DNA of 64,000 nucleotides. Origin: Chrysomallon squamiferum (lineage: Eukaryota > Animalia > Mollusca). A program made the translations under genes and the position numbers. The stretch lies in NCBI GenBank assembly GCA_012295275.1, contig CM022671.1, positions 1,922,001 to 1,986,000 of the forward strand. Reading direction: 5' to 3'. Positions 13,920-27,929 of this stretch are shown one piece after another. Below the pieces are notes generated by a model that did no database searches, was not told the DNA's origin, and was given only the letters and a program-made list of their open reading frames with translations. Positions within the stretch are counted from its first letter, which is position 1. Each line of letters begins with the position of its first letter.

Positions 13920-14116
13920 AACATATTTAAATGTCAGATATTAGCCCAGCTATTTTTGTCAATAAAACAGTTAATAATTGAACTGCTTTAATTTCCTTTG
14001 GTTTTTACAGTCTGAGCTCAAGTAAATAAAATTAATTCAAGCCAAATTAACTTTTTTCCTTTTCGTCTTTAATGGTAAAAAGTAATTAATTTTAATGTTA
14101 TTAATTTTAAACTCAC

Positions 14117-14195
14117 CAAAATCTTTCCATCACCAGGAAACTGCAGTGCAAATTTATCATGTCTGTTTTTTTCTTGACTGTTGAAAGGTCGAACT
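14117..14195 (-). CDS. KIF12: KIF12-like motor exon (VRPFNSQEKNRHDKFALQFPGDGKIL)
   Basis: Completes the RVRP motif; 79 nt, phase 2/0; tccag acceptor, gtgagt donor. Too short for the ORF track. Confidence 0.92.
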
Positions 14196-14842
14196 CTGGA
14201 TAAAAAAAATAAATAAAAACAAACACAAACAAAAGTTAATAAAGACTAAACATTAGTTTGTAATACATTTTATTGTTGTTGTTAAAGATTAATCAGGTTT
14301 TTGAGCGAGTTTTCACCACTTCACAAATAACTTCTGTCTTACAGCTTGGACAACCAGTGGGAGTGTAATTAGGGTTAATCGACTTTTCAGTTTGTGAATC
14401 ATTAAAACTACGTTGTTAAACACTTTTCTTTGTTATTTGTTTGTATCCTTTGACTTGCAGTGCAAACATGACAGCAAAAAAAAAAAAAAAAAAAAATGTA
14501 CTTTTATTCCCGAGAAAATGTATTGTTATTTTTTATTTTTTTTGTCATTATATTGTACATTGCGAATACAATGAGTTTTAATCTTAGTTTTAGATGTAAA
14601 TATGACGAAATAACAGAATGAATAAATGAATAAATAAAAAATATATATATTAGCATTCACTTTTATTTTATTGCCATACTTTATTTTTAGCGAAGAATGG
14701 ATGCCATTTAACGCAGTCCTACAAAAGAATCTCTGTGACTTGGAGATACATAAACTGTGTACAGGCTTACTGTTTGTACGAACGAAACTATCCTGTAGTT
14801 ATGATTTTATGGAAGTTTATCTGTTATGAATATTTCACTTAC

Positions 14843-14917
14843 CTCAGAGCAACATTAAACTGATCATCACAATCATCAGACCCACCGTCAGTCGCTGATG
14901 ACAACGTTAACGAACTC
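14843..14917 (-). CDS. KIF12: KIF12-like exon leading into the motor (SSLTLSSATDGGSDDCDDQFNVALR); putative first shared exon
   Basis: 75 nt, phase 2/2; ttgcag acceptor, gtaagt donor; NVALR joins VRP of the next exon. Confidence 0.9.
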
Positions 14918-15083
14918 CTGCAAGCCAAACACAAACACATACATAAATAAATACATAAATAAATAAATACATAAATAAATAAATACACAAATAAATATAT
15001 AAATAAATAAATATATAAGAGGGGTTGTATTTTTAAAACTTTATTTCATTCTTTAAATGATAAAGAATTGTCTGCACTCGTAC

Positions 15084-15110
15084 CTGTTTGTTTGTAAGTA
15101 TGAATTCGAC
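15084..15110 (-). CDS. Possible 27-nt cassette microexon of the kinesin (SNSYLQTNR)
   Basis: T-rich tract, caaag acceptor, gtacga donor; symmetric phase 2/2 and stop-free in the kinesin frame. Acceptor is weak. Confidence 0.35.
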
Positions 15111-15264
15111 CTTTGAACATTTATTTTAAAAAAAATAAACCAATATATACGTGCCTATACCTCTACAATATCACCGCATATCTTCATTTCACCCCTCTGT
15201 CAACAAATACACACACCCACGCACACACTCACACACACACACACACATTCCTGCACGCACTGAC

Positions 15265-15341
15265 CTAGAACAGAAAATCGGCAAAGTGGAAAACCATGTC
15301 CTTGTCGAACAGAATTTATTGTTCGTCATTCCAATGAACAT
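15265..15341 (-). CDS. Weak candidate alternative first exon of the kinesin (MFIGMTNNKFCSTRTWFSTLPIFCSR)
   Basis: ATG with an upstream in-frame TAA; 77 nt ending in a phase-2 gtcagt donor. Confidence 0.25.
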
Positions 15342-16609
15342 GAAACTCGTATTGGCGTTTTACCTACCACTATTTTCCAGTTACGGATACGGCATCCGGT
15401 TCTGAACTGGATAATACGGATATCGGTGAAATACTTTCAGAGTTATGTTTACAGTGTGTCTTTAGGATGATCCGAATTAGAGTCCAAAGACAAAAACAAC
15501 GACTGCCATTGAACAGAAACCATCTTGTAACTCAGACAAATCAATGAAAATATACTTTAGTAGCCTATTTAATAGGTCAGTAGCCGACTAGGACTGCAGC
15601 AGTGGTCTGAGTACCTGTACAAAAATGCTGTCGTAAAGAATGAAGTACACTTGTATTGTATCTAAAAGAAGGACTGAAACCAATCAAAGGAAATATTGCA
15701 TAGCGTTCTTAATAAATGAATGAACCAGACAATGAAGTTTATACAGTCACCATGGGCATAAACAGTTTAATGATACAAGACAGACGGACTGCCTGCCGGA
15801 CAGACATCACTATTAGAACATTTTCACATACGTATTTAGTTACACGTAAAAACTACATCATTTAACTTTACGACACGAGCCCGCTTTTTGCGCTACAGTA
15901 TACCGTTTATTACATTAGCATTGAAAAGCATGACTCGAATTACTATTGTTTTTACTATTGTTTGGTCCACCTAAATCTAATCACCTTGCTTGGCGCATTA
16001 ACCGCATTAATTGCTTTCCCCGACTGAACTCAGATGATAACGCGCAGAGTAAACAGAAAGAAGCAAACCCCGGCTTCCTGGTTTGTTTGGTCACTCGCGA
16101 CAAAAAGCAAGCGCGACAAAAACAAACAGAGATGATGAACCTGCGATCTGTCGTATCAGTAAGCCACGGGACCAGTAATTCATCCACGGCTGGTTTCAGG
16201 GTTTCCGTGGTAATTTGTTTTTGCCGAACATGAAATGCTAAACGGTGAACCGAAAAACATTTGTACATTGTTTGGCCAAGCAGAGGAGAGTTGTGTACAA
16301 TTCATGATTTCTCGCTGAACGGTTATTATTAATTAATACCGAGGCTCTACTATTCGTCATTTTCCAGTTTACACAGTGCGTGGGTTTAGTTATTGTCATA
16401 CGAAATGTAATTATTATTTACACTGTCTTTAATCTGGACGGATGGATGGTTGAACGAGTGGACAAAATGGACGCGTAAGATGTACGCAAATACAGACACT
16501 GTACTCAAACAAATTACTTCTGTTAATGGTTTAATGTCAACATGATGATTCGGAACCTTTGACATTCACAAATAAAGAAGTAATAATATTGATGATAATA
16601 ATAATAACA

Positions 16610-16680
<71 letters not shown>

Positions 16681-17429
16681 TATTATTATTATTATCCTCA
16701 CTGTGTATTTTGAACAACCAAATACGTCGTGCAAGTAAGTGCAGTTTTTTTAGTTTTTTTTAAAAGGGAATTTCGCTGAGTCACGTACTTTAGAAGTCTA
16801 AACAGTGAGACAAGAGCTTCAATGATCTTAGTTACGCAGTTTACTGCTTACAGGTTCCTAGACAGCTTTCTCGAATCAAGTATTTTGTGTCAAATAATTT
16901 GAGACATAATTTTAATGTAGAATTTTAAAATAAAAAAAAGAAGAAAAAATCCCAAGAATGGAGCCTACAAACTGGAAAGTTCTATAAACAATCTCCTAAC
17001 CCGATTTCAGATCTGAGATAAGAAAAACGACTAAACTTAACTCTTGTTCCTCACAAACTATAAAGATATCCATGCAAAAGCCAAATGCATTTTTTTAAAT
17101 ATCTTTGTATCACACAGGCTAACTTGATAAAGGAATGAAGGAACAATCTGTGGAAATTAAATTGAAAATTCAGCCTAAAATAAGACATTGAGAAGACTGG
17201 TAAATAAAAACACAGTTTACTGACGACTAGCTGTGGATATTTCCAGCACGTTCGCGCACACAGATGTGTTCTTGAGAAACGCTTCAATAACACGTGATAG
17301 AAAACAAATCTGGTGACAGCTATCTTAGGAGTAGTAAATTGCTTTTTTGTAGCAGAAATATCTTTTAAGTTGAAATTAGTTTTGTTAAGATCATAGAAAT
17401 GTGTGAAAAAATAAGCACATACATACATT

Positions 17430-17536
<107 letters not shown>

Positions 17537-17693
17537 CCACACACAAACACTAATATTACACGATTAGGTATTTATACTCCATTACAGTAGCATACCCTGT
17601 GAAATATATTGTATATTGTAGTAATCAGTATTTACCTGTCGAATATTCATGATTTAGAACATAATAAACAAAAAAGAAATAATGATAATGATG

Positions 17694-17737
<44 letters not shown>

Positions 17738-17766
17738 CAACATCGTCATCATCATGAACAACGTAC

Positions 17767-17960
17767 CGCTGTCGTCTAGCTAAGTAACTATCCCATTCCG
17801 AATCAGAATCAGTAGAATCGTTGCATTCGTTCTTCTTACATTTCAGTGACGTCAGTGACCTAGACAATCGTTTACTAGCCTTAAAATTCACACGAACATT
17901 TTCAGGCGGCTCACGAGTTCTCGCTTTTGCCTTTTTCAGTCTGGTCATATTTTCACTCAT
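17767..17960 (-). CDS. KIF12: First coding exon A of the KIF12-like gene (MSENMTRLKK...SYLARRQR)
   Basis: ATG with in-frame TAA 24 nt upstream; 64 codons +2 nt, then gtacgt donor; phase fits the 14917 acceptor; CpG-richer region upstream (~18200-18420). Confidence 0.72.
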
Positions 17961-19537
17961 GCCCCTCGTTGTTAATTTACTTTACAGTCAGCATTAAAAT
18001 CTAAAATATCTGACGATTATTAAATACAGTTTCTTTAACAGTGTGAGATCCGAAGTGAAATCCATTGTTTATGTCTTGGTCCTAACTTTGCTCGTTATTT
18101 CTTTCTTTAATCGACACAAACAGGTCACAAATCACAACTACTAAATTTTGACGCAGCAGTTGAAAACGAAATAAAATTTATCGCCTGGCTATTTGGAGTT
18201 CTCTCGAAGAAAGAATAAACAGAGCAGACGACAGAATGTTTTTGCAGACGACTTTCACGCTTGCCCGGGCCAAAACGTAGCTTTGACAGACGTTAAGATG
18301 GACCCAGTGTTGAAAACGCCTCGGAGAAGCCGATTAGGAGAAAAACACGGTTATCACCGTTTTAGCCACTTTCCGTCAACTGAAAACATTATCTCAGATT
18401 GACGCGGGTTGGTATTATTACCTTACGTGAAAAACAAACCCCGTATTTTGTACTCAGGTATCCCAACAAATCAATGAAAAATAAATAAAATAACAACAAA
18501 TAAATCAAAATAAATAAAATAAAAAATAAATCAAATAAATCAACAAAAAAAAAAAAATAAATAAAAAATAAAAAATAAAAAATAAAAAATAAAAAAAACA
18601 ATAAAAAAAGAACAAAACAAAAAAAAAAAGGAGGAAAATCCTCATACAATAAACGTATACATTACATTATTGTTAGAAAGGTAAACAAAGAAAAAACAAC
18701 AAAAACCAAGATAAAAATAGATGACATAAATTTAATTCTTAACAATGACCTATTTTAAAATAATTTCATTTGGCAAGCAATACCATCACTGTATTGCTGT
18801 ATTTTGTTCTTTTTATCTGTTTAATATGAGTTAAGCTAATCGCATTTGGTGGCGGCTACAAGCGAACTGCCAACAAACATCAGCGATAACCCAGGACTCG
18901 AGCGATAAGAAAACGTGATTTTAAAAAATATTCATTTTCTTTGTTCGTAAACTGCTGTACGCTGAATAACGATATGCCCCCGCGTAAAGGAATGTCATTC
19001 TGATCGGTTTAAAATCAGTTTAACGTTCTCAAGTCTGCATGTTTACTTAATATATTGGAAACACTGAATACTATTTAATTAATGACTTCAGAAACCTACT
19101 GAAGTTTAAAGTTCCAGGGCAGATCTTGTAATTCTAGAAAGGCTGTGAAGTGTTACTGTATATAATTTTCAAGGTGACAAATGGTGTCATTATAAAACGG
19201 TGGATGCTTGATAAGGATCTGCGGTTGAACATCTGTGTTCTGTGTCTGTGACATGTTTTTTAATTGATTTTAGCATGATTACGTAAGAGAACTGTTGAAG
19301 TTCACATGGACATTACATTAGACTTAAAGTTCAGTAGCAGACATTTTACAGAACAGCTGGAAATTCATTCTTAACATGATTGTGGTAAAAGAGTAACCAC
19401 GGTTCAGTTTTAATGTAGTAAATCTATCCCCCCCTCAAAACCGAAAACAAAACAAAACAACAAAAAGGCAATCTTAATAACATTATGGTAACATTATGTT
19501 ATATTAAACTGCTGTTCAATTTTAATGATCCCCAAAA

Positions 19538-19568
<31 letters not shown>

Positions 19569-20564
19569 GAAAACAACAATGTAAAACCCCCCAAAAACAG
19601 ATCATGTAACTGTTTACTGTGATTAAAAAAGATGACTGTATAATTACGTCTACTCTCTTTAACGCGTCTGTTGAGTTAGTTTCTGTCCTTCAGACAGTGA
19701 ATCTGATACAAAGATCAGCTCCTAGTGATAGCTGGTTTCCTGACTCATGTTAAAGCTGCACAACGAATCACAGCAGACCGCTAATATCAAATTGTTTTGA
19801 AACGCAGGTTCACTTTCGTGCATTCATTTACGACGATTAAACTCAGTGAGTGAACTGACACACAGGTAAACTTGGCTCATTAATAAAATGTTTCAGTGTT
19901 AGGAAAGAGTAACTACTTGTGTTGTTAGCGCTGTTCCTTTTAGGTTCTTTGTGGCCCTCCACGGGATTTTCATTTATCGTGATTATTTTTTGACTCCCAT
20001 TTTTGAATTGGGGTATTAGTGTCATTTTTTACTTTAACATTAATATTTATGATTAATTATGTTTGAGGTTATTATGCTTAAAAACTGTTATCATATTTAT
20101 TTATTATCATTACCAATTTTTCATTTTGACTTTTGATAACATGTAAATAATCATGATAAAATAATATAATAAAGAAATGTGCACGTATGTGCTTTCACAC
20201 AAACACATTCATGCATGTATATATACTTACAGAGGTACAGAGAGAGATGTAAGCGAATAAAATAATGATTAGTAATAACAAATCAGTAATAATGACATTA
20301 ACAACAATAAAGATATTACAGCAGACTCAATAATATGCACACTAATTTATGCTTTACTATTATTAATCAGAAACCTTTATTTTTCCCCTTCCTTTTTAAA
20401 ACAAACACAAATATGTCCAGGGATGCGCCCTAGTAAAGTATCACTAATTCACTGACATTTTAAAAACGAAGATTTAGTGAAATACTCCTGGTCAGATATG
20501 TGTACCTCGTATTGGATTTAGTTTAGAAGTATGTATCACAGTGTTTACTATTTAAGCAAATAAA

Positions 20565-20636
20565 CACACAGATCGCAAACTCTAAGCGGCTTATACACAC
20601 ACACACACACACAGATCGCAAACTCTAAGCGGCTTA
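20565..20636. repeat. Direct duplication of cagatcgcaaactctaagcggcttat around a short CA tract
   Basis: Two identical copies. Confidence 0.85.
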
Positions 20637-21094
20637 TGTACAGCATATTACTTGATAAGATTTAGGAGATTTGTAAAAATAAAAAACGAAGTTTTGGACG
20701 ATTTGACAATACAGATATTTTCAGGCAGACAATAATGTAGACGTGACTTGCCATTCATTGTTCCAAATGTTTTTATCTGCTTTAAATTTCAGGAATGCTG
20801 GTCGGTGTTTTGTAAAGTTTGTTTAGACGTGCTAGAGAAATGTCTGTGTAGAGTCTTACTGTAATCTTATACAATTAGCCAGCTTAAACCATACAGGTCC
20901 AGATAACGACTGGTTTTAACAGTGATAAATTGTGTTAGTCATTTATACGAAATATTATTTTATTATAACCTGAATACATGTATATTTAAGTCTTCATAGA
21001 ACAAATACAATCAATGCGGAGATAAGAGAAGATAAATTAAGTTGTGTGTGTGTGTGTGTTGATAAATGGAGAGAGAGAGGCACACACACAGAGG

Positions 21095-21200
<106 letters not shown>

Positions 21201-22560
21201 TGATTACACAGAAAGGCTGTAAGAGACATAAACAACTGTTAACTGAAAGGAGAACATTAAAAATATATTTTACATTTTTTTATACGAGTTTACTTCTTTA
21301 TAACAGAAACAATCGTCGTCATCATATAATCATCGTCATTGTTATTTTCATCATCATCATCATCATTATCATCATCATCATCATTACCAGCCTAAATCGA
21401 ACACGGACGCTGACGTTTCTGTAACAATACGTTGCTTTCTGTTCCAGTAAGGTTAAGACAAAACGCCAGCAGCACAAAGCTGTTTTATATTTACACAAAG
21501 CACTTACTGGAAACCACATTTGCTTAACTCTTTTGTAAGCATTGTATTCAAGCGACAATAATAATTTTATAACAGTTTCAGCAGTAACACATTTTCTTTA
21601 TGAGTGAAAATAAAAACAAGTTATAAATAAAATGACTGTTATATCTTCTTGAGCAAACAGACTGCAGCCGAGCTGTGTTATCTATTGTCCTGGTGTTAAA
21701 TATGTCGCTTGACTATTGTTTAGAATGCGTTCTACGTCAGTCGTTCTGTGCTGCAATATGCCATAAGGTCGAATCGCTCCGATGAATCTATATTGGTCAT
21801 TATCTAGTCTTTATGTGTGAAGAAGAATGAGTGCGTGCGTGCGTGCGTACGTTTGTGTGTATTTAGATGGTGAGACATTGTTTTGTTATTTGAGTTACGT
21901 TTGCAATCATTTGTCCGCATATTTGTCTATTTTGTACATATTTGAAAAGTTAATTTTTGTTTTTGAAATTTTTTATATATATATATATATATATATACTA
22001 GTACTCGATAACGAATGACACCAAGTATTAAAGTTATGTATACACGAGTGACTTTCAATGCAGAAATGTGATTTGTTATGCTGACAGAAATGTGGATTAG
22101 GCCACGAGTATGAAATTCTTAGTTTTATTATGACATTAAAAAAAAAAAAAAATAAATAAAATAAAATAAAATAAAATATCATAAATAAAAACAAATATAT
22201 AAAAAATAAATTAAAAAATAAATAATAATAAAAAACGGTTGTTAATTTTTGTAAAATATTCCAGTATCCATTAAATATAGTGTTGAAGAGATTTTATCGT
22301 TAATTTAGGTCGTGATTATTATTTAGTAACATCAATGCTATAAAAAGGCTAAAAGCTAAATAATTTTGTCTTAATAACATGATGGACACCTCTAGAAGAT
22401 CAAGATCAACATCAACATAAATAAATAATTGTGTAATACGGTTTTTTTCCTTTTGTTTTTTTATTTCTGTCTTTCTTTATCAGTAATTATTGTTATTGTT
22501 GTTATCTAAAACGTTTGAAAGGTTTATATAGAATATTCCTTGAAAAATAGTTATTACAAG

Positions 22561-22650
<90 letters not shown>
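22561..22650. repeat. (CT)n microsatellite
   Basis: Direct inspection. Confidence 0.95.
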
Positions 22651-22652
<2 letters not shown>

Positions 22653-22859
22653 TGTTTTATGTTTTATGTTTTATGGATCTGACTGTAATTCAAGCAGATA
22701 ACATAAGCTCTACAAGCTTAAATAAAATCAGTCAAGTGTTTGTAATCTAAAATACTTTTATTCTGCTAATAAATAAAATCTGAAAGTAGAATAGCAAATT
22801 GACATTAAGCAGATAAAATAAAACTGAAGAAACAGTTGTTATGAATATACATACTGAAC

Positions 22860-23471
22860 TACTATTACTTCTGTTATTATTATTACTATCATTACTGCCT
22901 CTACTACAATTTTTACAGCAACAGCTACTAATACTTCTATCACTGGCGTTGTGTTGCTATTATTATTATTATTGTTACTATTATTTTTATTGTTATTGTT
23001 GTTATTATTATTATTATTGTTATTATTATTGTTATTGTTATTATTATTATTATTGTTACTATTATTTTTATTGTTATTGTTGTTATTATTATTATTATTG
23101 TTATTATTATTGTTATTGTTATTATTATTATTATTATTGTTATTGTTATTGTTATTATTACTGTTCTTATGCTAAGCTTTCTCAATTGCTATTATTGTTA
23201 CGTATGTTACCACTACTGTTTCCACTTTTTCTACAGCTTCTACTACTACTGTTATTAGTTCAGTTATTTATTACTTTTAATACCATTTATCATCATCATT
23301 ATCATCATCATCATCATCATTCCTATTGTTATTGTTATTATTACTACTGCTATGCTAATCTTTCTGCAACTGTTGCTACTTCTATTATTATAATTAATTG
23401 CTTCTACTATTTCTATAATCTCTATTATTAATAATACTATTACTAGTTCAGTTATTTATTACTATTACAAT

Positions 23472-23523
<52 letters not shown>

Positions 23524-23610
23524 GCTTACTACTAATACTACTACCACTATTACTACAAATACTAAAATGATGCTACTACTACTACTACTACCACTGCTGC
23601 ATACTACTAG
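22860..23610. repeat. Low-complexity trinucleotide region (TTA/TTG, CAT, CTA)
   Basis: Direct inspection. Confidence 0.9.
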
Positions 23611-23815
23611 TAAACCAGTTAATAATAATAAAAATAGTTATACATGTGCAGACCTAATATCGATGTCTGACAATCATGAACTGGCTATCAGCATCTTGTT
23701 TTCCGGGTGTCAGTCTAATTTCCCTTGACAGATTCTAAATAAAATCTCGATATCATCGACTCTTCGGTTTAATTAACAGATATATTTAATAATTAACGAT
23801 TTAGTCAAAAAGCCT

Positions 23816-23829
23816 GTCACTATGGAAAC
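23816..23829. promoter_or_regulatory. RFX X-box-like site GTCACTATGGAAAC
   Basis: 14-bp X-box match between candidate first exons A and B. Confidence 0.35.
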
Positions 23830-24200
23830 AGTTACTTGAGACCACAGAGCACCTAGTTAATCACCATTTCGAGTTTCTTAACCGGATCAACTGTAGCTCA
23901 GTTTTTACGACCCCTTACTGTTTTTTTGTTATTATTATTGTTATCATCATAACCATCATTATCGTCATTATTATATCATCATCATTATTAGAAATAGTAG
24001 TAGAAGTTATTTTTATAGTAGTAGAATTAGTTGTAATAATACTAATAGTAAAAGTAGTAACAGGAATAGTAGTAGGATTAGTTGTAATTGTACTAATAGT
24101 AAAAGTAGTAACAGGAATAGTTGTAGTGGTAGTAGAAGTAGCAGTAGTAGTTATATTAATAGTATTAAGGCAGTAGTCGTAATAGTTGTAGTATTAATAT

Positions 24201-24410
24201 TGGTTAGTAATAATAGTAATACTACTAATAAGTGCTAGTAGTGACAGTGGTAGTGTTAATGTTACTTGTAGTATATAGTAGATGTAAATATAGTAATAAT
24301 AGTAATACTACTAATAAGTGCTAGTAGTGACAGTGGTAGTGTTAATACTGGTTAGTAATAATAGTAATACTACTAATAAGTGCTAGTAGTGACAGTGGTA
24401 GTGTTAATGT
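24201..24410. repeat. ~56-60-bp unit repeated three times
   Basis: tagtaataatagtaatactactaataagtgctagtagtgacagtggtagtgttaat x3. Confidence 0.88.
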
Positions 24411-25280
24411 TATTTGTAGATATATAGTAAATATAGAAAGCGTGTATTTATCACGTTTCAGCTATGTATTTTTCAAAGTTTGTAATATCTACACGTTTTC
24501 TATATTTCTGAGCTGTTTCATTAAGAAAAAAACTCTTTTTTTTGTGTTGTTATTCAGTTAAATATGTTCATGTCTGGATAACACAAAAGACGTCAGTGAT
24601 GATATTAAAATACGTTGATGTATCTCATACATTTATTTATTTAATTCTCTGCCTGATTACGTATTTTCACCTCAGCCAATAAAACTCTTTGAGGAGATAC
24701 ATGTGATGTATGTTAATATGTCTTTAAATATTAATCTTTTTGAAATATAACGGTTAATGCTAAGCCGAGTTCTGTAACTATTGATTTGTCTTTAAGTTAT
24801 TGCTGTACTGGCTGACTTGTTTGATGTATGGTAAAGTAAAAAGTAAAGGAAATAGAAAATAAATTATCTCACTTAGAAAGACGAAGATGAAAGGAATTGT
24901 AAATAAGGAAACGAAATAAATAAAAGGGAAATCAGTAATCGAAAACGCAAAAGTAACAAAAAGGAAAACAGAGAAAGGATGCGGAAAAAAGAAGTAAAAG
25001 TAAAATCTAATGACAAAATAAAGAAGAAAAACAGAAGGGGAAAACAGAAAGAAAGAAAACAAAAAGAAATAGAAAAAATATATATGATAAAAAAAAACAG
25101 GAAAGATCAAACAGAGAAAAAAAAACTAAGTCATAAATCCACATTATTTTATGACATTCAGAAGTTTGATCTAATCGTTATATAAAATATAGCAAATTAT
25201 AAATTAATACATAAAATAGCAACAAATCAGAAAACTGGTAGTTTTCTTTACAGTACAAGCCTGAGAAAGCGAGAACACAG

Positions 25281-25335
<55 letters not shown>

Positions 25336-25544
25336 TATAATTATGATGGTAGAAATAGAGAAACTGATTTATTGCGTGATGTTAAGTTGTACTCAGTCAC
25401 ATTTTAGACTCTGTGTACCCAGTGTTAGCATGTAATTTATGTTATATTACAGTTAATAAACCTTAGATTAGAAACACTGGTAAGTAAATAATAAAAACGA
25501 AGCCGTTTCTTATTTCCTGTTGGTTCGTACGAATATAATACAAC

Positions 25545-25575
<31 letters not shown>

Positions 25576-25942
25576 ATTTGCCCTCTATATATAATGATAT
25601 GGTTAGAACGAAACATTGTTTAATACACTGGTAAGATTCTGACATAGAACACCATCTTGCAACATGACTGAGAGATTTTAGTTATGAAGCGAAATCTGGC
25701 CACACAAGTTAACCCTTTAAATAGTTAGAACGGGATATAAGCCGTGGGAGGCTAATACGGCACAATCTTTCTTTCTATCAGTCATAAAGCTGAACTCAAA
25801 GACCAGATACATATATATTTTTTTGTTCAGTGTAGAAAAAAAAAAAAGAGCATATATCTTAGATCAAAGAATTATACAAGCAGAGAGAACAATTACTGTG
25901 AGGCTATGACGCAGAGTTTGTCTGCCAAGTTATTTAACAAAT

Positions 25943-26343
25943 CAGGGACTGGTCGAGAATTTCAGACAAGGGGAGCAGGATCATTGCTGGTTATGTAACG
26001 TTTGAGAATAAATTAATGAATATTTTACAACTTTTTAAGGATGTTTTAATTTAAAAAAAAAAAAAAATTTTTTTTTATTATTATACTGACATAATAAAGA
26101 CAAAAAACAACCGATATTCGCAGATACGAAAGCATATAAAATGGATTGATCAACTAGACATGGAGCCTTGGTTAGAAAAGAAAATATACTAATATATATA
26201 TATATATATATGTCTGTTTTCAGATAGCCCCTTCAACACTGATCTATAGCCTGCTCCCATAAAGATGTAATCTGATTGAATAAACGGACAAAAATCTGTC
26301 CGTTAAAAATACGGAAAGGGCGACAGCCCCTAGATCCGCCTGG
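25943..26343. mobile_element. Possible MITE remnant with CAGGGGCGGATC-type termini
   Basis: Right end cccctagatccgcctgg; degenerate left end cagggactggtcgagaattt; related ends at 33621, 34755 and 54131-54166. Confidence 0.3.
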
Positions 26344-26590
26344 CTAGTGTCTTACTGTATGATTAATTCCTTATTTTTAAATCCGTAATATGAAGTGTAA
26401 ATGTGCGTCTAAGGTTACAATAAAAGTATAATAACCTTGCAGTTTATTACATTTTAATAAATACAGGTTTTTTTCCCTCGATATATATGTATACATAATG
26501 CATTACTCTATGAAGATAAAAATTTGATTAATTCAGTGTTTGATGGTCGCGAATTCCTTGTATCTCGTTTCGAATGAAATTTCTTTTTTA

Positions 26591-26624
<34 letters not shown>

Positions 26625-27386
26625 AATCATAGACCCTTGCAAGTGCTTTTCTGCGGTGAAAGATATTAAAGATGATTTTTGTAACAGTAAACAAGGAATG
26701 GTGGAAGCGAGTACTATCTGCATTACATAAAAAAAACACCGTTGAAAGTACTTTTTTCTTTTTTTCTTCAAATTCTTTTTTCCACATTAATTAATTCATA
26801 CATTCATTAATTTTATCAACCATCCATTCATTCATTTATTCATTCCTTTCATTCAAAGGTTAATTCATTCAGGTGTAGTTTTCATTTTATTACTATGTTC
26901 TTCTTTATTCTGACATCTCAAACGATTGAAACCATGGAACCAAAGTAAATATGAACAGTCGGCATAAAATGCGTTAAGTTATAGAAAGTTTTCAGTGTGC
27001 ACCACTGTGTTTGGAATAAATATGCGGCTTGGAATAAATATGCGTTAACATGAATTAATTATTTTCATCTACCATTCCATTACTTTCACGAAACTTCGTA
27101 GCAGTCATGTATGTAAATATTTAATATAACAAATAAACATGTAAATGAATAGAAAAAGGTACATCGAACTGTTCTGTCATGGATAAATGTTTTGTTAGAC
27201 AAAAAGTTTAGTTATTCCAATATGTTATGCGTGAGTGATTAATTATTATTCATAATCCTGAGTAAATTGGGATATTAATTATTAACTCGGTAATGTCTGA
27301 ATATAGTTCAACTCCATAATTCGTTTTCTTTTAATGTATTTTTATGTGGAAACAAAACACTAGCGCAAAATATTTATTAAGTAATT

Positions 27387-27465
<79 letters not shown>

Positions 27466-27612
27466 AATAATTTTTGTGCTTGTAAACCTCATGTACACAA
27501 ACATAAAAGCGTAAACATATTTTTTATGTGTTACTGTATAATTTTCAATTATGTATGATTATAATTAGTATTAGTATTGATCCTATTAATAATAAGTGAA
27601 GTTAAAACTTAC

Positions 27613-27929
27613 CCAAAGGCGTTTTTGTGTGGTTTATGAGAAAATCTCGGTTTGCTGCTGCTAGCAGGAGTCCCAGAAGGAGTCAGAAAATGACCCGAGT
27701 TTTCCGATTTGATAGGAGACAACACAGGACTCCTTAGAGAGTTGAGAGAGTTTTCCTTTTTAACTCTTTCCAGTTCCAGATCGTGTTGGGTGACAGGAGC
27801 CGGCTTCGCTCTCTCGTCTTGCTCCTTGGCTTCCTTCTCCATTTCCTTTGTGTCACCTTTCTCCTTCTCCATGCTGATTTCTTTGTTTCTTATATCATGG
27901 CTGGATTTTAAACTCTTCTGAGAATCCAT
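27613..27929 (-). CDS. ATG-initiated coding exon B (MDSQKSLKSS...HKNAFG), probable alternative first exon of the kinesin
   Basis: In-frame TGA 9 nt upstream of ATG; 105 codons +2 nt; gtaagt donor in phase 2; coding-like charged, S/P-rich composition. Confidence 0.65.

Noticed and set aside
12868-13991. Five ORFs of 313-358 aa (HT/YI, MYVC)
   Set aside because: CA/TACA microsatellite lacking stop codons.
15981-16268. 95-aa minus ORF with a phase-2 gtgatt donor
   Set aside because: Weak donor and non-protein-like composition; more likely a CpG-rich regulatory patch. Kept only as a minor candidate first exon.
22841-23431. Poly-Y/C, poly-L and poly-I ORFs
   Set aside because: Trinucleotide low-complexity DNA with no splice support.
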